Assembly (NCBI GenBank): GCA_946965045.2
Contig: OX337239.1
Location: forward strand, 2,728,001 to 2,792,000
Source: Epithemia pelagica
Taxonomy: Eukaryota > Protista > Bacillariophyta
DNA: 64,000 nt
Direction: 5' to 3'
The position numbers and the translations under genes were made by a program. Below, piece by piece: positions 10,916 to 20,323 of the stretch (positions are counted from its first letter, which is position 1; each line of letters starts with the position of its first letter). Below the pieces are notes generated by a model. That model did no database searches, had not been told where the DNA came from, and saw nothing but the letters and a program-made list of their open reading frames with translations.

Positions 10916-13841
10916 TTACTCCAAATCCTTAGGCGGTTCCGAATCCTTACTAGGTGGTGCGGCTTGTTTCTGGTCAGTCATGTTCAAGTCCTCAGCGGCA
11001 ATCGCTTGCTCCGAATCCATATTCATGTCCTCAACGGCAATGGCCTGCTCCGAATCCTTAGGTGGTTCCGCTTGTTGCTTTGAGTCCACCTCACGAGTTG
11101 CGGTAGCAGTCGCTTGCTCCGTGGCTTGCTCTGAATCCTTAGGTGGATGATTTGTGGCAGAGGCATGAGTTGTGGCAATGGCTTGCTCTGAATCCTTAGG
11201 TGGGTCCGCCTGCAGCTTTAAATCCTTTGGTTGGTCCTCGTCCACAGCAACGGCTTGAGTTGTGGCTTGTTTCCGGTCGGCCATGTTCAAGTCCTCAGCT
11301 GCAATGACCCGCTCCAAATCCTTAGGCGGTTCCGCTTGCTTCTCTGAATTCGAGTCCTCCCCGTCTTGCATCCGATCCGTTGCCTGTTCAGAATCCTTCG
11401 GTGGTTCTGTCTGCTTCTCTGAATTCGAGTCCTCCCCATCTTGCATCCAATCCGTTGCCTGTTCAGAATCCTTTGGTGGTTCTGTCTGCTGCTTAGAGTC
11501 CACCCCATGAGTGGCGGCTGCAGTCGCTTGCTCCATGGCTTGTTCTTCATCCTTAGGTGGATGATTTGCAGCAATGGCAGGAGTTGTGGCAGTGGCTTGC
11601 TCCGAATCCTCACTAGGTGGTGCGGCTTGTTTCTGGTCAGTCATGTTCAAGTCCTCAGCGGCAATCGCTTGCTCCGAATCCATATTCAAGTCCTCAACGG
11701 CAATGGCCTGCTCCGAATCCTTAGGTGGTTCCGCTTGTTGCTTTGAGTCCACCTCACGAGTTGCGGTAGCAGTCGCTTGCTCCGTAGCTTGCTCCGAATC
11801 CTTAGGTGGATGATTTGTGGCAGTGGCATGAGTTGTGGCAATGGCTTGCTCCGAATCCTTAGGTGGGTCCGCCTACAGCTTTGGATCCTTTGGTTGGTCC
11901 TCGTCCACGGCAACGGCTTGAGTTGTGGCTTGTTTCCGGTCGGCCATGTTCAAGTCCTCAGCTGCAATGACCCGCTCCAAATCCTTAGGCGGTTCCGCTT
12001 GCTTCTCTGAATTCGAGTCCTCCCCGTCTTGCATCCGATCCGTTGCCTGTTCAGAATCCTTCGGTGGTTCTGTCTGCTTCTCTGAATTCGAGTCCTCCCC
12101 ATCTTGCATCCAATCCGTTGCCTGTTCAGAATCCTTTGGTGGTTCTGTCTGCTGCTTAGAGTCCACCCCATGAGTGGCGGCTGCAGTCGCTTGCTCCATG
12201 GCTTGTTCTTCATCCTTAGGTGGATAATTTGCGGCAATGGCAGGAGTTGTGGCAGTGGCTTGCTCCGAATCCTTAGGTGGTTCTGCAGTCGCTTGCTCCG
12301 TGGCTTGCTCAGAATCCTTAGTTGTGGCAGTGGCTTGCTCCGAATCCTTAGGTGGTTCTGCAGTCGCTTGCTCCGTGGCTTGCTCCGAATCCTTAGGTGG
12401 ATGATTTGCGGCAGTGGCAGGTGGATGATTTGCGGCAGTGGCATGAGTTGTGGCAGTGGCTTGCTCCAAATCCTTAGGTGGTTCCGCCTCCCGCTTTGAA
12501 TCCTTTGGTAGGTCCTCGTCCATGGCAACGACATGAGTTACGGCATTGGCTTGCTCAGAATCCTTAGCGGCCTGTTTCCGGTTCGGACACTCCGTGACAG
12601 CCAGGTTCGACTCCACTTGATTAGAATCGGTTGTGGCCTGCTTCTCGTCGTGGTCATCTCCCAACTCTCTTTTCTCATTCACTGTTGCATTCAATGACCT
12701 TGCGTTCGCCCCCCAAAACCAACCAATCGTATGTCCGTCCTGTTTTGTATGAGTATGAACTGACGTTCCATGTCGGATAATTCTCCCATCCCATGCAATG
12801 GAACATCCGTGGAACAGACGAAAACATAGTCCACTGAATGTTGTTTCCCTATACTTGATGAGCACATTAGGTAGGACGAAATACCAATCACGTATACTCC
12901 CTGGTTTGGTTTCAGTCCATATAGTAAATGAAACTGATGCGTCATGGATGTCATAATGACTTGCGTTCATTAGGTCACAGCTTAAAAGCATGGACGTAGA
13001 GACACCTCTCGATTCCCCACCGAGCACATCTGGGATCTTCCCTCCACAATTTGTCTCCATATGCCGTATTGCTCCTAAGACCCTAGGGAGTTTCCGCTCG
13101 CAAAACCTTCGTACACCGCAACTTTTTTTTTGGTAGGACCCTTCCTGTATCCGGGGCGATTTTCAGGAGCTTGTCGGAAAATACAGTTTCTCTGTCACCT
13201 GTTTTAGCACAAGTACCAACCGTTGTCATCGAACCTCGGTCACAAGTCTTACACCTGGCGTTGGATGCACGTTGTAGTTCGTTTCTATCAATAAACATAC
13301 AAGCCCTCTCATGCAATAATGATAACAGGTTGTCATCTGATCCAGCCAATGAAGTCACTTTCAGGTGAGAGATACTTTCCGGTCCTCCTTGGAATTGGCG
13401 TGTCCTTATAATGAAGACTGCATCACCAGACTCGCGTTGATCATATCGTAAGCAATTCAACTGTTCGTCATTGTCTATATTCTGGTAGAGCGCCCCCTGG
13501 ACATACTTCCGACAACCACGTTTGTTACTTGAATTTCCAGGTTCCAGGGCCGCCCTGTATTTTACTCTGAGATCATGTTGACCGGCCGTTTTCGAATTAG
13601 GATTCTCTGTAGTGTAAAAGTTGGGGGCAACAAGAGGCGCTCCCGATTCGGTGTCGTTGAGTTGATAACATTCGTGTGTGTTTCTTGTCCTTCTAATCCA
13701 ATCTAGAGACCAAACATTCTTGATATTCTTTATGTAGGCTCCTTTTGCAGGTTGTCCATCAGAATGACGCAGGCGCAACCACGACAAGGGTAATGGGACC
13801 AATTACGACAGAGAATTTGGCAAGGCACACCCGGAATCCAT
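10916..13841 (-). pseudogene. TET/JBP-like Fe(II) dioxygenase with a long acidic tandem-repeat C-terminus, carrying two in-frame stops and one homopolymer frameshift
   Basis: ATG at 13841 and TAA at 13803-13805 lead into ORF 13083..13802 (...CDRGSMTTVG). A frameshift at the T9 run 13123-13131 continues as RRFCERKLPRVLGAIRH into ORF 11873..13060, which has NASHYDIHD (HxD at 12950-12958) and WDGRIIRHGTS (His at 12770-12772). TAG at 11873 is CAG in the duplicated repeat, and the frame continues into ORF 10916..11752. Confidence 0.7.
10926..12500. repeat. Coding tandem repeats: a 663-bp unit present about twice, built from shorter PPKDSEQA modules
   Basis: ACTAGGTGGTGCGGC occurs at 10949 and 11612, giving a period of 663. 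Many CCGAATCCTTAGGTGG submodules are present. Confidence 0.95.
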
Positions 13842-13893
13842 TGAACGTGTTGATGTATAGAATATACCTGCCAAAGGCATGATTAGAATGATA

Positions 13894-15730
13894 TCATGGA
13901 ACAGATGGTCCTTTTTTTTCACAATTCTCTTTTGACGTTTGGCTTTGAATGACCTTGTCGTCGAATACTGATTTCATGACACTCGGTCTCCCTCTCCGAA
14001 TGCGGTTACACCTTTCTAACGTACATTCAACAAGGAAGGCACACGGGGATGAATCGACCAGATTACTAGGATTGCGTTGCTTGACGGTGAGCGACCTGTC
14101 TCGAAAGGCACAATGACTGGCTGTGTCCTCTGTATTTTCTTCAACATTCTCCTTCATACTCTCATACACTCGACTCAGTTTTCCCATTACATTCGGAAGA
14201 TCGGCGGCCGACACTCCATCCCTTTCGAGTAAGTCGTTTAGACACAGTTTGAATACTATGCGGTCTTCATTACAGGCAAAACAACATGACAACAAGTTAC
14301 CGAGTAGATCCATCTGCTTCTCACGGTCAATTCGTGGAGAGAACAGACACATGGCTTGATGGTCATCTTCGTTTGGTTTCGAGTACTTCATAGGAAAACC
14401 ACTCGGGGTCTCTGCTTGTCTTTTTTGAAACTTCTTCAAAGTCTCTCTTGTCAAGGTTAGCTTGGATAAGCCTTTCTTTTCCACTTCTTTGTTTGTCGGT
14501 AGCGGTTTGGGATCCTTGTATTTTGTTACTTTGGTCGGTCTGTTGGTGGTTGCTTCAGAGTCGTCTTGTTCAGGTTCACTTCTGGCACTCTTTTTCCCGT
14601 GACCATCTGCTCCTATTTCCGGTATAGTACCTCCCGTCAATGCCTCTGTTGTTTGTGAATCATCACGATGTCCTTGCCTAGATGCAAGCTCACGATTAAC
14701 CGAAGGGTAACTGGCACGAGATGATGGGTCGTGATTTTTGTTCCATCTATTCGAACCGCTCCGTTCATGAGTATGCGAACTATGATCTTCCTACCCTGGC
14801 CTGTGTCCACCGGTAGACATGCGTTCTCTTTGATCACTATTTGCGGAATAACGACCGTCATTGCTACTTCTTCGGTTTATAGCGGGCGACTCTCTTCTCT
14901 CCCGGTAAGTCCACCGGTTCAGAGGAGGACTCCTATAAGTGGATGAAGGATGGTAGTCGTCAGTATGATTTGGTCTCCAATCATGATATGAAGATCGATT
15001 CATGTTGTGCGATCCATGGTTGTGACGTCTGTCACAGTCCAGAGAACTACCACTATTCTTCCACCGGTTGAAATTAGGACTTGCGCTTCCTGTTGTCATT
15101 GTCGGTTCACCTTGTGACGGACGACAGCCCCACCCATCCGATGTGCTTCCTGTTCTCATTGTCAGTTCACCTTGTGACGGACGACAGTTCCAACCGTCCG
15201 ATGGAACAGTAACACCCGGTACTGCTGTTGGGTTCTTCGCAAGTCCCCAAGTCTGTCCACTTTGTGATGGCCCTGACACTCCTCTCATTTGTTTTTTTCG
15301 CTACTCCCCAAGAATCTTGTTGTGAGTTCGGTTCTCTGGACATATTATTATTACTGCTCACAGATCCCCATGATGAAGACACTGATACACTTGGATTCAT
15401 AGCGGAAGTATTTTTGGTATTCCTTCCCCAAGTGGACGGACTGGCATAACGAGAATGAGATGCACTTGCTACTCCAGTGACCTCTCTCTTCCCACATGTC
15501 GACATTCCTGTCGAATTGGAAGAACAATTTTGCTCTCTAGATCCCGTCGCACGATTCTGTGTACTAATTGTTGGCGGTTCCTCTAAATTGATCACAACGT
15601 CAGTTGTCGGTGAAGGTGGCGGTTTATATTCTCGTTTGTGTGTCACGATACTGACGATACCATCTTCATTGATTCCATTCGATGCATCGAAATACTTGAA
15701 TGTCCGATTGTATCTCGACACTTGGGGCAT
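13894..15730 (-). pseudogene. Protein with a Ser/Gly/Asn-rich WG/GW-repeat region and a C-terminal helical Cys-containing domain, carrying one frameshift and one stop
   Basis: ORF 15167..15730 joins 14791..15288 through the T7 run at 15292-15298. TAG at 14791 is in frame with ORF 13894..14640 and the intervening 50 codons are open. Motifs: STWG, SSWG, DSWG, QTWG, DGWN, DGWG. Confidence 0.55.
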
Positions 15731-15846
15731 GTCTTGTTACTTTGTCCTTCCTCATTTAACCACTCTCCTATACACTGTCGACAGAAGCAATGATCACAGT
15801 CCTTGATCCGACAATCCACAAATCTGTAGCTTTTGGCTTCCCCCTT
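15640..15846 (-). pseudogene. Second RING finger (C3HC4 type) in a frame missed by the ORF track
   Basis: Minus-strand translation EAKSYRFVDCRIKDCDHCFCRQCIGEWLNEEGQSNKTCPKCRDTI. The first CxxC is degenerate or frameshifted. Confidence 0.7.
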
Positions 15847-16202
15847 TCAGATCCAATAGGATTTGATATCTTCTTACTAACCACAGAGGTCTTATCTCTA
15901 GAAGAACCGAAAAGATGCTCGTTACCGGTGATCTTCTTGTTGCACTTGGGGCAAGTCACGCTATGATGTCGAAACCAAATTCGAAGGCAACTTCCATGTA
16001 CCTTGTGTCCACACGGGTACAACAAACAAACCTTGTCATCATTTTTCGCTTTCAAGGGACGTTGACACAACACACAACACTGCTTCCATGTTGTGTCCTC
16101 GTCGAGAGTAGTTTGGATAACATTTTTCGTCTTGCGAAGAACCGCGAGCTGTTCAAGCGACTCTTTTGGGCAAAGCGAGTAGTTAGGTACGTAACGCAGC
16201 AC
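15768..16202 (-). CDS. RING-H2 finger segment, in frame with ORF 16236..17309 across one TGA
   Basis: CVLC-x16-CGHKVHGSC...CPKC. Read-through gives LSD*GCSDVFSNEADVLRYVP. Confidence 0.8.
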   Translation of the reverse strand: MLRYVPNYSLCPKESLEQLAVLRKTKNVIQTTLDEDTTWKQCCVLCQRPLKAKNDDKVCLLYPCGHKVHGSCLRIWFRHHSVTCPKCNKKITGNEHLFGSSRDKTSVVSKKISNPIGSERGKPKATDLWIVGSRTVIIASVDSV

Positions 16203-16235
16203 ATCTGCCTCGTTGCTGAAGACATCAGAACAACC

Positions 16236-17309
16236 TCAATCAGACAAGCCTCCTCTTAGACTTATCTCGTCGTTGTAAGCGTCCCAATTCTGTGAATCAC
16301 CGATTTCGTCGACACTCTTCCTCACTCTGGAACATAGCGTTAAGGGTCTAAAGGCATTGTCTTCCAGAGCCATTTCAATCCCCCTAGCGAACTCGCAGTT
16401 GTATCTGATTTGATTTGATTTCCAAGAGGTGGTTGGTCTCATTGTCGAATCTACTTCCCCATACTTGCGGTGTTTCCCATGTGGACGATCCAGCAGTAGA
16501 TCCCCAAGAAAGCGCACCACAATTGCTTGGGGCATCGGTTTTGGTCCTGATCCTGATGGCTTGGGCATCTGAACAGTCCGGTAGGTCCAGTCCTCCGCAT
16601 CAGTAATATCACCCTGGTCCTCCCAAGGTTTCAGAATTGCACTATTTCTGTCCTTATCGACGATACTCCATTTCTTCAGGATGTATTCACACGTTCCTTT
16701 CCAAAAGGTAGGGGAACGGTTGTCAACAGGCTCAAAGATTAGACAGATCATCTTCGAAAACTCACATACCAACAATGCCGGATCAGTTATGTCATGTAAG
16801 GAAGTTGTAGCAACGATCCCCAGTAAAGTTGTTACACCTTCAACCTTCCAAGACTCAATGGGTATGGGATTTAGCATATCATCAGACTCTAGAGCTGTTG
16901 TTGCCACCCTGTCAACATAGACGCGTTCACTGTGATAGCGATGCACCATAAGTTTAATGCAAGTATCGAATGATGTTGCATCAAGTCCGAGTCGTCCTTT
17001 ATTGAAAATCAGATCGCGACGACGATTGCGATGGGGGATATGTAACACATGGGATGCCGATAGGATATCGTCGTTGATCAATCCACTGAATTTCTTGCAC
17101 TTCTTACAACAAAAGACCACTTGGATATCAACTTCGGTATTTGGAATCTCTAGACCTGAAGCATAGTTAGTCGCCAATTTCATTGAGGTTTGGAGTTGCT
17201 CTTGTAGCATTTCCGAATCATCTTTCGCAAATTTAACAAGATAGTTGTCGCCAATGTTGTCTAACGGTTCATCGGATTGTAATGAATCAGTCGACCGAAC
17301 GTGTGACAA
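16236..17309 (-). CDS. Unknown domain, possibly a catalytically degenerate Ulp1/C48-like fold, belonging to a family repeated at about 32 kb and 44 kb
   Basis: The 357-aa ORF is homologous by eye to the degraded ORFs 32211..32453, 43903..44199 and 44242..44493 (C[IL]KLM[VI]H..H..VYVD[RK]V; KFA..LAT.YA.GL). The Ulp1 likeness is a weak pattern match only. Confidence 0.5.
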   Translation of the reverse strand: MSHVRSTDSLQSDEPLDNIGDNYLVKFAKDDSEMLQEQLQTSMKLATNYASGLEIPNTEVDIQVVFCCKKCKKFSGLINDDILSASHVLHIPHRNRRRDLIFNKGRLGLDATSFDTCIKLMVHRYHSERVYVDRVATTALESDDMLNPIPIESWKVEGVTTLLGIVATTSLHDITDPALLVCEFSKMICLIFEPVDNRSPTFWKGTCEYILKKWSIVDKDRNSAILKPWEDQGDITDAEDWTYRTVQMPKPSGSGPKPMPQAIVVRFLGDLLLDRPHGKHRKYGEVDSTMRPTTSWKSNQIRYNCEFARGIEMALEDNAFRPLTLCSRVRKSVDEIGDSQNWDAYNDEISLRGGLSD

Positions 17310-17330
17310 GGGATCTTGTACTTGGGGAAC

Positions 17331-18611
17331 TTATATGAATGAAACTGATGGTGATGGAATTGGAGTCTGTTGTCCACCTTCTATCGGAATCACTTTGACA
17401 GGAGGTGGTGGTGCCGATTTACGCTTCAGTGCTATTCTGTTGAAGGTTTCATGTCGGGTACCAGTTGCCAATGTCGTAGGTTTGTCACTATCTGTCACGC
17501 TTAAAGTCGGTTGGGAAGGGAGTACCGGCCTCTTGGAATCCTTGCGTGAATCGCGTTCACTCTCCACAGTCTTCGTTCTGCTTTTCCGTGTCGAAGGTGT
17601 TACATGGTCCGTAACCGAAGCATGGCGTCTACTGGCTGCAACCTCTTTTGATTTCCTGGAGGATAAGGATTCCTGTTTCTCATAGAATGACGCTACGATA
17701 TAAAACATCCCATTGGTATTCGTCGTAGAGGCCTTGTTTTTCATCCTTTCTTGAAGCGAATCACGTTCATCAATATATTGATTGAACCAAGTATCTGGCG
17801 TGGTATAAAGCAGCGCCTGTTCCATTTCAATATCAGTGAGAAATGGCTTTCCGTCATCTGCCTGGAGTATGGAATAGATCTGTTTCATATGCTCCAGGGC
17901 CCAGGTAACCTTCGAGGTTGGAACGGATCGAGGTTTTCGGTACTGAGAGACATCTCCAATCAGGTACTTCTTGAGTGAAAGAGCAACACGACCAAGTCCA
18001 CTTTCATCCCCAGCAAATATCCCATGATGACTGAGGAAATGTCGGAAAACATCCATCAGGCTAGTATAATCGACATATTGAGATGAGGAATCAGGGAAGG
18101 CTTTTCTCCAAATAGAAGCAGAAGATCCATATAAGGTTTTGCGGAAAAGAGATATCGTAGTATTCAATGTAACACTGTTATCCTCTTCCATTTCTGAAAT
18201 AAGTCGTTTGAGACAGTATGCCGTGTGACAGCACAAATCTACCAAGGCAGTAGCATCACAAATTGGTAGATAGACATGGACTTGGTTGGTACCCTGCGAC
18301 ATAGAGACTGTCGAAAATTTTCCTGTTTCAGGACCACATACACACTCATACCAATACAACATATTCTCGAAATTGATCGGAGACTCGAGGCAATCAGCAT
18401 CTACTGTTCCCGGATGTACACTCGGACGAGTAGTAACCGGTGTAGTCGTATCTGCCAGTTGTCCCGATCGACTGCCGCATTGTCCCTCAGATCTCGTTTG
18501 TTCCCTCGAAATACTTTGTTCCGAAGCTCTGGCGTGAGTATCCCGATGCGGAGAAGGGGGGTTCTTGTACCGTGGTCCTTTCACAGCTTTTCTCCTTCCT
18601 GCCATGATCAC
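17331..18611 (-). CDS. Retrotransposon gag-like protein segment with no pol, in frame with ORF 16236..17309 across one TAA
   Basis: LFRKTLYGSSASIW ... YRKPRSV ... LTDIEMEQALLYTTPDTW resembles Ty3/gypsy-type gag from memory. Read-through gives SFI*VPQVQDPLSHVRS. Confidence 0.5.
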   Translation of the reverse strand: MIMAGRRKAVKGPRYKNPPSPHRDTHARASEQSISREQTRSEGQCGSRSGQLADTTTPVTTRPSVHPGTVDADCLESPINFENMLYWYECVCGPETGKFSTVSMSQGTNQVHVYLPICDATALVDLCCHTAYCLKRLISEMEEDNSVTLNTTISLFRKTLYGSSASIWRKAFPDSSSQYVDYTSLMDVFRHFLSHHGIFAGDESGLGRVALSLKKYLIGDVSQYRKPRSVPTSKVTWALEHMKQIYSILQADDGKPFLTDIEMEQALLYTTPDTWFNQYIDERDSLQERMKNKASTTNTNGMFYIVASFYEKQESLSSRKSKEVAASRRHASVTDHVTPSTRKSRTKTVESERDSRKDSKRPVLPSQPTLSVTDSDKPTTLATGTRHETFNRIALKRKSAPPPPVKVIPIEGGQQTPIPSPSVSFI

Positions 18612-18714
18612 AGAGAAAGATTTTAGATGGAGAATGTCCCAAGATCCGATGTAGGGGCCTTTTGTTCGTAAGGCTTATCTTCAACGGACCAAGTCTCAAA
18701 ATCCGATGTCGGCA

Positions 18715-20225
18715 GGACTAGGGAGAGAGGTCCAGGAACTTCCTTGACGAAGCACTCTTGTTGTAGCGTATCCTCGCAGTAGTCTTCTAGATGGAACTTC
18801 CTTAAAAAAGCCCCTTTGCTGTAGCGTCTTCTTCCAATGACCAGGTAAGGAAGAATGAGAAGCCCGATTAGCCTCTTCCTATCAACACGACAAAGTCCAA
18901 TGTCGGCCTTTTGTTGGTAGTGTCTTCTGTGGAGTACACAGGACTAGGGAGAGAGGAGGTCCAGGAACTTAGCGCTTTTGTTGTAGCGTATCCTCGTAGA
19001 AGTCTTCTAGATGGAACTTCCTCAAAGAAGCGCTTTTGTTGTAGCGTCTTCTCCCAACGACCGCGCAACGAAGAATAAGAAGCCCGATTAGCTTCTTCCT
19101 CTTAACACCACAAATTAGGAAGAGCGAGCTACTTGAGCAGCTCTAGGAAGCGCTTTTGTTGTAGCGTCTTCCACGAACAATCGCCGTCTTCTTAGTGGAG
19201 AAGGAGTGTGGAAGAATCTGAAGCACTTTAGTTATAGTTTCGACAGATTCACTTCGATCTCTCAACAACACCAAGTAGAAAACAAGGGCGAGGAACTCTA
19301 CCCTTCAAGCTGCTCCACCCCCAGAGGAAGCGCTTTTGTTATAGCGTCTTCCAGTGGACAACCACAGTCTCGTATCAAGTAGAGAGGTAACAGGATAGCA
19401 GAAGCACTTTTATTGTAGTGTTGACCGGATTCCTTCCCTCGTATCCACCCAACGTGGAACAGTGATCTATCCCTGAGGAGGGTGCTCGTCGTCTTCCCTC
19501 TTCGACCCTTGGGAAAAATCAGGACAGAGGAACCGGTTAGTACCGTGTTCACTCAGCTTGCTTTGACCTGTCCTGATTTTCACAAGAGTCTTAGAGGTAG
19601 TATCTGGACTTGACGAGTACTTGCAAAAAGACTTGAGGGGCCAAAAGTCGCTTTGATTGTAGCGATAACTTTCATCGTGCCCCCAAGTTGTTTCTTGTAC
19701 ACTGGACCGTTGCTTGTTTTCGAATGATGTCGGAAGGCGGTCGATCGGAATGAACAATGGGCGATTCAACAATCAAATATTGTCTTCTTCCTTTCTTCTG
19801 ACGATTGAGATTTGTAGGGAAACAAGGAGAAGAGAAGGAGAATCAAGAAGCGGACCAAGTCGAAGTCGCTTTGATTGTAGCGGTTACTTTCGTGGTTTCG
19901 ACTTGCTTGCGATCAGAAAGAACCAGAGGATGATTCAACAATCAAAATAGAGTCTTCTTCCTTGCTTCTGGTGGTTGCGATTTTCAGGGAAAGGAGGTGG
20001 AAAAGGAGGGAGAATCGAATGAGAGCTCTGTCAGAATTCTGCACCAGTGGTAACGTTTGTGTCCTCTCTTGCTTGTTTTGATGATCGATCAAACAAAAGG
20101 ATGATTCAACAATCAAAGAGATACTTCTTCTATGCTTCTGGCAGTTGAGGTTTTCAGGGAAAGGGGAAGAAGAAGAGACAACAAAAACCAACCGATTCGA
20201 AAGTCGCTTTGATTGTAGCGATTAC
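18715..20225. repeat. Diverged tandem or dispersed repeat array with core AAG(C/TC)GCTTT(T)G(T/A)TTGTAGCG
   Basis: About 9 copies of the core motif (e.g. near 18745, 18807, 18970, 19027, 19148, 19327, 19645, 19862, 20201), a roughly 225-bp duplication (18715-18900 and 18941-19115), and three GATTCAACAATCAAA modules. Confidence 0.85.
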
Positions 20226-20227
20226 TT

Positions 20228-20259
<32 letters not shown>

Positions 20260-20264
20260 GGTGG

Positions 20265-20323
<59 letters not shown>

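Noticed and set aside
10896-12534. Plus-strand and alternative-frame ORFs across the repeat
   Set aside because: They are by-products of the coding tandem repeat on the minus strand.
1-18611. Alternative genetic code or programmed read-through explaining the many single in-frame stops
   Set aside because: The stops use all three codons and align with different residues (Tyr, Gln, Lys). The TAG at 11873 has a CAG twin in the duplicated repeat. Point-mutation decay explains this better.
18715-20225. CRISPR-like repeat and spacer array
   Set aside because: The cores are degenerate, spacing is irregular, and the intervening sequences are themselves duplicated.
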